Positions 42,814-53,324 of a DNA stretch of 64,000 bases are shown here, piece by piece. Numbering within the stretch: the stretch's first letter is position 1; every line of letters begins with the position of its first letter. The position numbers were made by a program, and so were the translations under genes. A model generated the notes under the pieces. That model saw only the letters and a list, made by a program, of their open reading frames with translations, was not told where the DNA came from and searched no databases. The DNA is from an uncultured delta proteobacterium (lineage in GTDB: Bacteria; Myxococcota_A; Polyangia; Polyangiales; B10-G4): assembly GCA_963727445.1 (NCBI GenBank), contig CAVSGI010000020.1, forward strand, positions 704,001 through 768,000. The letters are read 5' to 3'.

Positions 42814-42906
42814 GTCCCCCTCCTGTGCCTGGAGTGTTAGCACATCGGGCGCATCTGTCCCGGGGCGGCTCGGTAGCAGTGGAGCGACCGGACTGACAGC
42901 GTTTGG

Positions 42907-43695
42907 TCAGAGAGCGGCGCAGCTATCGGGCGCGGCCTCGAGCGGCGCCAGAGTGAAGCCGTTGTCGGCCTCCGAGACCTCGGTGTCGCTGTTCTGGCTC
43001 GCCGCGACGCGCGACCGAACGTCCACGAAGGGGATGTCGTCGCCGTAGACCTCCACGTCGATCGACAGCTCGGCGTCGCCGTGGATCACGCCGCTGTCGG
43101 GGTCGACGCTACCGGAGAGCCAGAGCCGGGCACGCGCCCCGAGATAGACCTCCCAACCGTCGAGGTCGATGGTCACGCCCACCTCTCCGTCGTCGTCGTC
43201 GTCGATCACGCGCGGGTCGTCTCCTTCGGTGGGGAGCGCGTCGAGCAGGGGATCGTCGAGGGCGACTCCGAGCTCGAGGGCGCCGGTCTCGGTGGAGACG
43301 AGAAGGCGTCCTTCGTCGTCGCGGCTCAGGATCGCAGCGAGGATCACCGGCGGCCGCGCACGCACCGTCTCGTCCGACACCTCGGGCACGTGCCCGTCGG
43401 CCTCGGGCAGCTCGACGTGGCATGGCCTCACGGACAAGGAGGTCCCTGCCTCGCCGATCGTCGGAACGAGGTAGCCGTCGATGCGGCTGTCGTAGGTCGT
43501 GGTCTCGCCCGCCGGGTCCCGCGTGACGACGTGAGAGGACAGGGTCAGCGCGTAGGCAGGAGCGAGAGCGGCGCTTTCGGGCGCGGGACCTTCGTCGGCC
43601 TTGCCGCCCGAACCATCGCTGGACGCGAGGGGCCCCTCCATCGCGCATCCGGCGAGGGCGATCAGAAGGACGCACAGCGTTCGAAGGCGGGGCAC
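42907..43695 (-). CDS. Hypothetical lipoprotein (GKAD motif)
   Basis: LAGC lipobox, GGKADE, LPTEGDDPRVIDDDDDGEVGVT. Confidence 0.7.
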   Translation of the reverse strand: MPRLRTLCVLLIALAGCAMEGPLASSDGSGGKADEGPAPESAALAPAYALTLSSHVVTRDPAGETTTYDSRIDGYLVPTIGEAGTSLSVRPCHVELPEADGHVPEVSDETVRARPPVILAAILSRDDEGRLLVSTETGALELGVALDDPLLDALPTEGDDPRVIDDDDDGEVGVTIDLDGWEVYLGARARLWLSGSVDPDSGVIHGDAELSIDVEVYGDDIPFVDVRSRVAASQNSDTEVSEADNGFTLAPLEAAPDSCAAL

Positions 43696-43893
43696 GTCCC
43701 CGAACGGTGCACTCCACGTGCCACGAGAGAAGACGCGGGATCGGCTAGCGATCGGGCCCCCCGACCCCGCTTTTGGAAGCTCGACTAGCCACTTTGGTGG
43801 CACCGATAGACCCCTGTTTGCAGGAGAAACGACCGATCGGGGCGCTGGCACGGAGCGCTGCTCTACGCACTGTCGGATTCAGGGAGAACGATC

Positions 43894-45523
43894 ATGAAGC
43901 GTTTCACCAAGCTCACCTCCATGCTGGCCCTCGCGGGCCTCTTCGGCTGTGCGAACAACGTCGCCGGGCCGGGCAGCGAGCCCGATTTGACCAAGGCCGA
44001 TCCGCTCAAGGCCGACTCGAGCGCCGAGGCGCTCTTCCTCGACTTCACTTTCAGCGGCGAGCTGGTCACCGACAGCCACTACAACCCGAGCGGGCAGGTG
44101 GAGGACCAGCTCCTCTACACCATCGGGCAGCTCAACGGAGAGAACTCCGTGTCGCGCCTCGACAGCGTGACCCTCTCGAACGTCGAGACCTCGCAGACCG
44201 AAGACGGCCGCACGCGCATCACCTACGACGCGCGCATTCCAGTGGCCTGGGGTCATCGCGACAACATCCCCACGTCCTACGACTTCAAGCTTCCCGTCGA
44301 CATGAGCGCGCAGAGCGCCTTCATGGACAAGTACCTGCACACCTGCACCGAGCCCGGCGCGCACGACGTCTCCGCTGGCATCTACTGGTACTACTACCGC
44401 CCGAACCACTACAGCTGCAGCCTCGACCAGACGGATGTCATGACCGTCACCGCCGACGTGGGCCCGAGCCCCATCCAGACGACCGGGAAGTTCCCCGAGT
44501 ACGACAAGGTCTGGGAGGACAACGCCCTCGAGGTGGTCGCGGTCTTCGGCAAGTACGAGGACGGAGCCACGAGCAGCTCCGACGCCGGCATCAGCGGCTA
44601 CAACACCTTCCTTCGCGGAGATCGCCAGCCAGCTCTCGGCGTACGAGGTCACCACCATCCCGGAGACGGTCCCGAGCAATCCAGGAGTGGACGTCCCCGA
44701 GGTCACCTTCGAGGCGACGCTTCCCGACGGCCGGTACATCAGGGTCTTCGCGATGCTCATCGACAGTGTCCGCAGCGCGGGCCAGGACTTCAACGAGCGC
44801 TACGCGCAGCTCACCCCCACCGCGGATCTCATCGCCTACAACGGCCACTCGGGCCTCGGCGCCAACATCCGCGCGCTCGCCAGCAAGGGTGACTGGGCCA
44901 CCGGGCAGTACGCCGTCGTCTTCATGAACGGCTGCGACACCTACGCCTACGTGGACGACGCGCTGTGGACCGCGCACGCGCAGATCAACCCCGACGACGA
45001 TGTCGGCACCAAGTACCTCGACATCGTGATGAACGCGATGCCCAGCTTCTTCAGCAACATGCCCTACGCGACCCTCGCGCTGGTCAAGGGACTGACGGAC
45101 ATCGACAGCCCGCGCACCTACGAGCAGATCTTCGCGGACATCTCCTCGAGCCAGGTGGTCCTCGTCTCGGGCGAGCAGGACAACACCTTCGTGCCTGGTG
45201 GCGGCGGCGGTGGCGAGGATCCGCCCCCCGCTGGCTGGGAAGGCATGAACGAGGGCGGCCCCGTCGCGCGCAACGAAGAGCAGCGCTTCGAGACGCCGGT
45301 TCTGCCGGCGGGCAACTATCGCTTCGAGATGACGGGCAGCGGCGACGCGGACCTCTACGTTCGCATCGGCAACGACCCGACCGTCTCGGAATACGATTGC
45401 CGCCCCTACAAGTCCTCCGCCAACGAGACCTGCGACGTGGAGCTTCCGGCGAACGCCGCCATCCACGTGATGGTCCGGGGCTACACGGACGCGGAGTACC
45501 AACTCAGCGGCTCATCTCTTTGA
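43894..45523 (+). CDS. Lipoprotein with C-terminal PPC (pre-peptidase C) domain; frameshift near 44620
   Basis: LFGC lipobox; YNGHSGLG..FMNGCDT (His/Cys pair); GSGDADLYVR..YDCRPY PPC motif. Confidence 0.8.
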
Positions 45524-45566
45524 GTCGCCATCACGCCGGTCTCGGCCGGCGCTTGATTCCTGCCTG

Positions 45567-45590
45567 ACCAACCAACCAACCAACCAACCC
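45567..45590. repeat. (ACCA)5 microsatellite
   Basis: accaaccaaccaaccaaccaaccc in an intergenic region. Confidence 0.7.
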
Positions 45591-45606
45591 ACGCTTAGAT
45601 TGTGGC

Positions 45607-45640
45607 GGAGGCCCCCTCTCGAGGGGGCCTTCGTCGTTTG
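45607..45640 (+). terminator. Putative intrinsic terminator hairpin
   Basis: AGGCCCCCT-CTCG-AGGGGGCCT stem followed by TCGTCGTTT. Confidence 0.55.
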
Positions 45641-45673
45641 TCATCCACGCGTCGTCGGATATGCTCCTCGCTC

Positions 45674-47069
45674 GTGAGCGACCCCGACTACGACCTGGTG
45701 GTGATCGGCTCCGGCCCCGCCGGTGAGAAAGGGGCCGTCCAGGCCGCGTACTTCGGCAAGAAGGTGCTCGTCATCGAGCGCGAGCCCGCGCCGGGCGGCG
45801 CCGCGGTCCACACCGGGACCCTGCCGAGCAAGACCCTCCGCGAAGCGGCGATCTATCTATCGGGTCACCGCGCCCGTGCGCTCTACGGCATCGCGGTCGA
45901 TCTCGAGGCGTCGGCCACCCTGCCGATGCTGATGCAGCGCAAGGACGCGATCGCCGAAGCGGAGGTCACGCGCATCAACGAAAACCTCCGCCGCCACGAC
46001 GTCTCGTACCTCCGCGGTCACGCGCGCTTCGTCGACGCGAACACCGTGGCGGTGGAGACCGCCTCGGGCGAGAAGCGCGTCACCGGTCGCTACTTCCTGA
46101 TCGCGACTGGGAGCGTCCCGCGCCGCCCCGACGGTATCGATTTCGACGACGATCAGATCCACGACAGCGACGAGATCCTGACCATCGAGCGGCTCCCGAA
46201 GTCGATGACCATTCTCGGCGCGGGCGTCATCGGCTCCGAGTACGCCTGCATGTTTGCGGCGCTGGGCGTCGAGGTGACGCTGGTGGATGCGCGGGACGAG
46301 ATCCTGCCGTTTCTCGATCACGAGATCGTCGACCGGTTGCGTGATGCGATGGAGCACCTCGGGATCGACGTTCGACTCGGGACCAGGTGGGGCGCCATCG
46401 AGCGCTCGGGCAACGAGGTCGTGGTGGAGCTCGACGGTGGGACGCGCGTCTCCCATCAAGAATCTGCTCTTCGCGGCCGGACGCGTCGGCAACACGGCGA
46501 GCCTGGGTCTCGAAAACGCGGGCCTCGAGCCGACACCGCGGGGCTACCTGGACGTGGACGAGGCGTACAGGACCAAGGTGCCCCACATCCTCGGTGCGGG
46601 GGACGTGATCGGCTTTCCCGCGCTCGCCTCCACGTCGATGGAGCAGGGCCGCGTGGCCGTCTGCCGCGCCTTCGACTTCAGCTACAAGAAGTCCGTCGCC
46701 GAGCTCCTGCCCTACGGCATCTACACCATCCCCGAGGTCAGCGCCCTCGGCTACACCGAGCGTACTGCGAGTGAAGCCGGAATGGACGTCGTCGTGGGCC
46801 GCGCCCTCTACTGCGACAACGCGCGCGGCGCGATCACCGGCGACCGGGAAGGGATGACCAAGTTGGTGGTCGAGCGGGACACCCGCCGCGTGGTCGGCGT
46901 GCACGTGATCGGCGAGCGCGCGAGCGAGCTGGTTCACATCGGTCAGGCCGTGATGCAGCTCGGTGGGCGCGTCGACGTCTTCATCGACATGGTCTTCAAC
47001 TTCCCGACCCTCGCCGAGAGCTACAAGTACGCCGCGTACGAATGCCTCGGCCAGCTCGGGCCCGAGTGA
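45674..47069 (+). CDS. sthA: Soluble pyridine nucleotide transhydrogenase; frameshift near 46450
   Basis: IGSGPAG, HTGTLPSKTLRE, GAGVIGSEYA, GDVIGFPALASTSMEQGR, GIYTIPE, FNFPTLAESYK. Confidence 0.92.
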
Positions 47070-47770
47070 GCTACCCCGCGGATCTGTACGCCGCGGTGCA
47101 CGTGGGCACGCCGGGCGACATCGCGTTCTATCGGCGCGTCACCGATGGCGCGGGCTCGGTGCTCGAGCTCGGGTGCGGCTACGGGCGCGTCCTTTCGTCC
47201 CTCGATGCGAGCGTGCGCGTGGGCGTGGATCTGGACCCGGCCCTCCTCGCGATGGCGCGCGCCCGCATGGGCGGGCAGAGCGTGCTGGTCGAGGGCGACC
47301 TCCGGACGGTCGACGTCGGCGCACGCTTCGATGCGGTGATCGCGCCTTACTCCACGCTCTATTGCCTCGAGACGGAGGCGGACCTGGGCCGCGCGCTCGA
47401 GCGGGCGCGCGCTCACCTCCTGGGCGACGGCATCTTCGCCTTCGACGTCTGGTACGCGGACGACTTTCACGAAAACGCCGACCCGAACGTGCCGGCCAGC
47501 TACGAGCCCGTCGCCGAAGTGGAGGTCGACGGGATCCCCTACGTCGTCGAGGAACGCTCCGAATGGGACCGGGACGCCCAGACGCTCGTGGTGGACTACC
47601 GGCACACCTCCGCTGCCGGCGAGGTCCGCCACGGGCGCATCGTCCACCGATACGCGCTCGAGCCGCAGCTCACGCGGCTGCTCGCCGAGGCGAAGCTCCG
47701 GATCGTCGAGTCCGGGCGGATCGAGACCGAGGCCGGCGAGAGCCTCGCCTTCGTTACGGCGCCTGCCTGA
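47066..47770 (+). CDS. Class I SAM-dependent methyltransferase
   Basis: VLELGCGYGR, GVDLD, EGDLR..FDAVIAP. Confidence 0.88.
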   Translation: MSYPADLYAAVHVGTPGDIAFYRRVTDGAGSVLELGCGYGRVLSSLDASVRVGVDLDPALLAMARARMGGQSVLVEGDLRTVDVGARFDAVIAPYSTLYCLETEADLGRALERARAHLLGDGIFAFDVWYADDFHENADPNVPASYEPVAEVEVDGIPYVVEERSEWDRDAQTLVVDYRHTSAAGEVRHGRIVHRYALEPQLTRLLAEAKLRIVESGRIETEAGESLAFVTAPA

Positions 47771-47791
47771 AGGCACGGGGCGCCGCTCGGA

Positions 47792-49131
47792 TCAGGCGAG
47801 GCGCTCCATCACCGCGCCCGCCCCCAGCCCGCCTGCGGCGCAGATGCCGAGGAGCGCCGTCGTCGCGTCGCGCTTCCAGAGCTCGTTGGCCATGGTGAGC
47901 ACCATCCGGGCGCCGGTCGCGCCGAAGGGATGGCCGATCGCCACCGAGCCGCCGTGCACGTTCAACCGCGCCGGGATCGATCTCGCCGATGGCCGAGGAC
48001 CGTCCCAGCCATTCGTCGGCGAAGGCCTTGCTCCCCAGCATGTAGAGAATCGAGAGGACCTGCGCCGCGAAGGCTTCGTGCATGTCCACCAAGTCGGCGT
48101 CGGCGAGGGTCATGCCGGCGCGCTCGAGGGCCTGGGGCATGGCGAGCGCCGGACCCATCAAGAGCTGGTCGGCGGGATCGACGCCTGTGTAGGCCCAGCT
48201 CCGAAAGGCGGCGAGGGGCTGGTAGCCGAGGGAGCGAGCCTTCTCTTCGCTCATGAGCACGACCGCGGCGGCGCCGTCGGTCAGGGGGCTCGCGTTGCCG
48301 GCGGTGACCGTCCCATCCTTGGCGAAGACCGGCCTCAGGCGGGCCAGCTTCTCGAGGCTGGTGTCGCCGCGGACCAGGCCGTCGGTGTGGATCAGGTTGC
48401 CCTCGGGCGTGGTGACCGAGGCCACCTCGTCGTTCGAAGCGCCCGGACTCGATGGCCGCGGCGGCGCGCTGATGGCTCCGCAGCGCGAACTCGTCCTGGG
48501 CCTGCCGGCTCACCCCGTTGCGCTTCGCCATGCGCTCGGCCGCTTCGCCCATTACCTCGCCCGTGGTGCGCTCGGCGATCTTCGGACGCTTCGGCAGGAT
48601 CTCGCTCAGCGGCATGAGCTGAGAGAGCACGCCGACGTAGTCCATCGGCGAAGCGCCCTTGAGCGCGAGCGGCGCGAGGGTGTGCACCACCTTCTGCGGG
48701 AGCTTGATCTCGGCGTTGCTGGTCGAGTCGCTGCCGCCGGCGATGGCCACGTCGTACTCGCCGCGCTCGATGGCGGCCGCCGCGAGGGTCACCGCCTGCA
48801 GGCCGCTCGCGCAGGCACGCGTGCAGGTCATACCCTCCACCGACGGCGGCAGGGACAGGTCGAGCGCGATCTCGCGGGCGATGTTCGGGGCCATCCCCGG
48901 GAAGATCACGCCGCCCCAGACGATGGCGTCGAGCTCGTCGCGGTCCAGGGACAGTCGGTCGATCGCCGCTTCTGCCGCCGCGTCCGCCAACGCGATCGAG
49001 TCCATCGTCGTGAAGTGGGTGAAGGCCTTCAGAAAGGGCGTCCGGGCGCCGCCGACGATGACCGCGCGCCGTCCGTTCTTCTTCGCCTTGGCCTTGGCCT
49101 TCTTGCTCTTCTTGGTCGTCTTTTGCGCCAC
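47792..49131 (-). CDS. Acetyl-CoA C-acyltransferase (thiolase, FadI-like); two frameshifts
   Basis: GARTPF, RACASG, VTAGNASPLTDGA, MHEAFAAQ, NVHGGSVAIGHPFGATG, GICAAGG. Confidence 0.9.
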
Positions 49132-49142
49132 GTTCGTTTCCT

Positions 49143-50575
49143 TCAGCGTCCTACCAGCGCGCCGCCGCAGACGCGGAGCACGTTGCCCGTGAGCCCGTCG
49201 GCGCCAGGCGTCGACAAGAACGTGATCGCCTGCCCCACGTCTTCGGGCAGGCCGCCCTGACCCAGCGCGCTCATGCGCCGGGCCCCTTCACGGATCATCA
49301 CCGGGATCGCCGCGGTGAGGCGGGTCTCGATGAAGCCGGGGGCGATGGCGTTGACGGTGATGCCCTTCTTCGCCGTCTTCGCCGACAGGTACTCCACCGC
49401 GCCGACCAGGCCGGACTTGCTCGCCGCGTAGTTCGTCTGGCCGACGTTGCCCGCGATGCCAGCGATGGACGACAAGAGCACGATGCGCCCTTCGCGGTGG
49501 ACGACGCCCTGATCCAAGAGGGCGTTCGTGATGTCGATGACCGCGCCCAGGTTGATGTCGATCGCCTGGTCCCAGGCGCTGCGCTTCATCTTGCGAAGGG
49601 TCTTGTCGCGGGTGACGCCGGCGTTGTGGACGACGATGTCCACGCCGCCATGGCCTCCTTCAGCTCTCCCGCGATCCGCGCGGGGGCGTCCGCGGCGCTG
49701 ACGTCCGCGAGGAGCACCGAGCCGCCTATGCTCCGCGCGACCTTGCTGACTGGACCGTCGTCTTCGGGGCGGTCGAGGCAGACCACGTGCGCGCCTTCGG
49801 CCGCCATGATCTCGGCGGTGGCCGCGCCGATCCCGCGCGCCGCGCCCGTGACCAGCGCCACCTTCCCGGCGAGCACGCGCGAGAGCGGGTGCTTTTGCGC
49901 AGCCTTCGCGCGCGCCGTCACCGAGAGTGGCTGACAGGTCACGAAGGCCGAACGCGGCGAGAGCAGGAAGCGGAGCACCGGGGCTACTCGATCTTCTGCG
50001 CCGGACTCGACCCACACCAGGTTCGCGGTGGAGCCGCTCTTGCCGATCTCCTTCGCCACGCTCCGGGTGAAGCCCTCGAGAGCGGCGCGCGCGGCGGCGC
50101 TGGAAGCGTCCTTCGCTTCGCTCACGGGTCGCCCGAGAACCACCACCTTCGCCGAACGCGAGAGCGTGCCGATCCATGGATGGAAGAAGTCGTAGAGCGC
50201 GCCGAGGTCCTTCGGGGTCAGGGCGCCCGTTGCGTCGAAGATCATCGCGTCGCAGCGCATGCCCTCCGGCGCCGGGCCGAGAGGGATCACCGTCGCGGGC
50301 CGGCCGAAAGCCTCACCGGGACCGCGGAAGGGGACGCCGAGCTCGTCGTCGCCGACGACCACTGGGTTGCCCCCGGCGCGAGCGATGGTGTCGGCGAGCA
50401 GGGCGGTGAGCTGGCCCGCGCCGCCGACGACCACGCGCCGATCGAAGAGCGGCCGCTCCTCGTAGGCGCCGGCCGCGCGCCGGAGCTTCTCCGGCATGGG
50501 GATGGGCAGGCCTGCGCTCTTGATGAGCGCGCGGGCACGCGGGTTCTGTCCGAGGTCCAAGAGGAAGTCGCTCAT
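49143..50575 (-). CDS. High-molecular-weight 3-oxoacyl-ACP/CoA reductase (FabG4-like); frameshift near 49650
   Basis: ALEGFTRSVAKEIG, VALVTGAARGIG, HNAGVTRDKTL, GQTNYAASK, NAIAPGFIET. Confidence 0.9.
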
Positions 50576-51475
50576 CGTGAAGCTCCGTGAATTGCCGACC
50601 AGATACGCCGGGCCGGACTTGGCGTCGCCAACGTAGACGTCGTGGCCTTCGAGGTAGAGCCCGACCGTCGCCGGAAGAACCAGCGGCCGGGTGAAGCGAC
50701 AGTCCCAGCTGCGGATCGCGCGCGCGTCGCCCGCGTAGACGTTCTTCACGATCCCTTCCCAGGCGCGGCTCATCGTCCCGAAGCCGTGCAGGATCACGTT
50801 GCGGAAGCCCGACGCGCGTGCCGCTCCCCCGATCCAGTGAATCGGGTTGAAGTCGCCGGTGAGCTTCGCGAAGTCTAGGCCGGCCTTGGGGCCGAGGCGG
50901 AAGCGCGCGACCTCACGCGCAGTCTCGGGGACGCGCGGCCGCTCCTTCTTCTTGGTCTTCGGTGCGCCGTCCTTCTTGCGCGAAAGCGGTACGATGGCGA
51001 AGAGGTCGGCGACGATCATGTCGGGGCGCGCGGAAGTGCCGGTGACGATGCGGGTCTGCATCACGGCGCGCCGGCCGTCGTCGTCGATGGACTCGAGGCG
51101 GGCGCTCACGTGAAGCGCCTCGCCCATCGGGAGGTCCTCGTTGATCACTACGCGACAGCCGCCGTTGAGCGCCTTGGACAGCGGGTAGGGCACGCCGTCG
51201 AGGGCGCGTGGCGCGAGAGCGAAGCCCCATTGCGGGAACAGATGGGCGGGGACGATCTTCTTGTAGCTCGCCGGGTCCCCTCCGACGTGACGCACGAAGG
51301 TGCGCACCAGATCGGGGGAGCGCGGGGGCAGGACGAGGCGATGCTCCGGGCCCGGGACCGGCGGGCTCGCCTTGGCCCCGTCGCCCAGGCGCTGCTTGAC
51401 CATGGCCAGGGCACCCTCGCCCAGGCCCTTGAGGACCGGTCCTTGGTGGAGGATGTAGCGAGCCGATACGCCCAT
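50572..51475 (-). CDS. MaoC/HtdX-like (R)-specific enoyl hydratase/dehydratase
   Basis: FAKLTGDFNPIH..ILHG hydratase motif, FTRPLVLP; reads in frame into the reductase in this assembly. Confidence 0.85.
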
Positions 51476-51715
51476 GCGGGACCCCCTCGTCGAAAGCGTT
51501 GGGCTGTCTACCATTCGGTAGGGAGCCGGGCAATCAGGGGATGCGGGGAAGGGGGGTTGTGGACTCCGCCGTACACCCGAGTGTGAAACTGAGTTCTCGT
51601 CCGTGCGCCGATGGCACTCTTTGGTCCAGTCGGCGTCAAGAGATCATGAGCTTTTTCGGCTGGTATGGCGGTTGCTCAGTACTCAGCTGCATCTGAGGGA
51701 AGGGTGAGCACGACG

Positions 51716-52345
51716 ATGAAAAAGATTCTCTGGCTTTCGTTGGTAGGCGTTCTGTGCAGTTCGACGACCGGCTGTATGTTCGACTACATCGACCGCCTGA
51801 CCAACCACGACAGCACCACCGATACGACCTATTCGGACCCCTACGCCTCTGACTATTCGGACCCCTACAGCTACGACATGAGGACTCTGGAGATCGACCA
51901 GGGCTACCTCGCGGGGGCGATGGGCGACTACCGCGACTTCACCGCCGAGACCTACGAGGCCACCGGCTATGCCTATGGCACCGACAGCACCACCGTCGAG
52001 CTCAACGCGGGCGACGGCTACTGGGTCATGGCGCGCCTCGACATCACGGGTGACCTCACGGCCCTCGAGCCCGGCACCCACCTCGAGTTCGACGACTCGT
52101 CCTACGACTGGAGTGGGAGCAGCGACCCGAGCTACACCGGCGACGTCGTGAGCTACGTCAACGTGACCGGCTGCTCGGGGCCGAGCCAGGGCGACTGGCG
52201 CTTCGACCAGGGCTCCACCACGGTCACCATGGACGTCGAGCAGGGCGTCACCGAAGCCGACCGCCAGGTCTACTTCGAGGCCACCTACGACAACGGCGGC
52301 GAGCCCCAGACCGTCAACGGCTCCTTCGGCTACACGGTCTACTGA
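51716..52345 (+). CDS. Hypothetical acidic, Tyr-rich lipoprotein
   Basis: MKK..TTGC lipoprotein signal, strong codon bias. Confidence 0.7.
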   Translation: MKKILWLSLVGVLCSSTTGCMFDYIDRLTNHDSTTDTTYSDPYASDYSDPYSYDMRTLEIDQGYLAGAMGDYRDFTAETYEATGYAYGTDSTTVELNAGDGYWVMARLDITGDLTALEPGTHLEFDDSSYDWSGSSDPSYTGDVVSYVNVTGCSGPSQGDWRFDQGSTTVTMDVEQGVTEADRQVYFEATYDNGGEPQTVNGSFGYTVY

Positions 52346-52420
52346 GCCAGCCGGCGGCCTGGTCGCCGATCGACAGACGACGGGCGTGCCTCTCCGGAGG
52401 CGCGCCCGTTTTGCATTCGG

Positions 52421-53308
52421 TCAGACGTGACCGCTCGCGAGGATCGCGGCGCCCACGATGCCGGCGTCCGGGCCGAGCTCGGCGGCAGCGAGACGGGTGG
52501 TGGTGAAGGCGCGGCTCAGCGCCAGCTTGCGAAAGCGATCGAGCGCGCGCGATTCCATCCGCCCGAAGCTCGTCCCGATGGCCCCGCCGATCACGATGAC
52601 GTCGGGGTTGATCGCGTGGGCGATCTGCGCGGCGGCGGCGCCGATCGCGTCCGCCGCTTCGTCGACGAGGCGCTGGCAGGTGCCGTCGCCCCCGCGTGCG
52701 CGGGTGAAGACCTCGCGTCCTTCGAGGTCGGCGGCGCGTCGAAACGCCCAGCCCGACGCGTAGGCCTCGAGGCAACCTTCTGCGCCACAGGCGCAGCGTC
52801 GCCCGCGGTCCCGGACCTTGATGTGGCCGAAGGTCGCCGCCATCGAGCCCGCGCCGTGAAAGATGCGGCCGTCGATCACAAGGCCGCCGCCCACGCCCGT
52901 GCCGAGGATGAGCCCGGCGACGGTCGCGACGCCGCGCCCCGCACCCACGCGGGCTTCGGCGAGCGTGGCGGCGTTGCCGTCGTTGTCGGCGACCACCGGC
53001 CGCTTCAAGCGCGAAGCGAGCTCCGCCGGGATGTCCGTGCCGTCCCAGCCCGGCATGGTGTCCGTGGTCTCGAGCACGAAACCGGCCGCGCTGACCAGGC
53101 CGCAGGACGCGACGCCCACCGTCGTCTTGGAGCGCTTCCCATCAGCGATGCGCAGGGCCAGGGAAGCGGCGGCGTCGAGAACCGCGCGCTTCGACCGCGG
53201 CGTCGCCGTCCGCGCGCGGGCCTCGATGGCGCCGCTCTTCGGGTCGACGAGACCGCCCTTGATGCTCGTTGCCCCGATGTCGATCCCGATGCGCTGGCCT
53301 CGGGGCAT
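52421..53308 (-). CDS. ROK family sugar kinase
   Basis: IGIDIGAT, DNDGNAATLAE, LGTGVGGG, GH..CACGAEGCLEAYASG. Confidence 0.93.
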   Translation of the reverse strand: MPRGQRIGIDIGATSIKGGLVDPKSGAIEARARTATPRSKRAVLDAAASLALRIADGKRSKTTVGVASCGLVSAAGFVLETTDTMPGWDGTDIPAELASRLKRPVVADNDGNAATLAEARVGAGRGVATVAGLILGTGVGGGLVIDGRIFHGAGSMAATFGHIKVRDRGRRCACGAEGCLEAYASGWAFRRAADLEGREVFTRARGGDGTCQRLVDEAADAIGAAAAQIAHAINPDVIVIGGAIGTSFGRMESRALDRFRKLALSRAFTTTRLAAAELGPDAGIVGAAILASGHV

Positions 53309-53324
53309 GACGAGACTCCGCGGC

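Noticed and set aside
45567..45590. Phase-variation tract
   Set aside because: Short (ACCA)5 lies downstream of a stop and before a terminator-like hairpin, not in a CDS or evident promoter spacer
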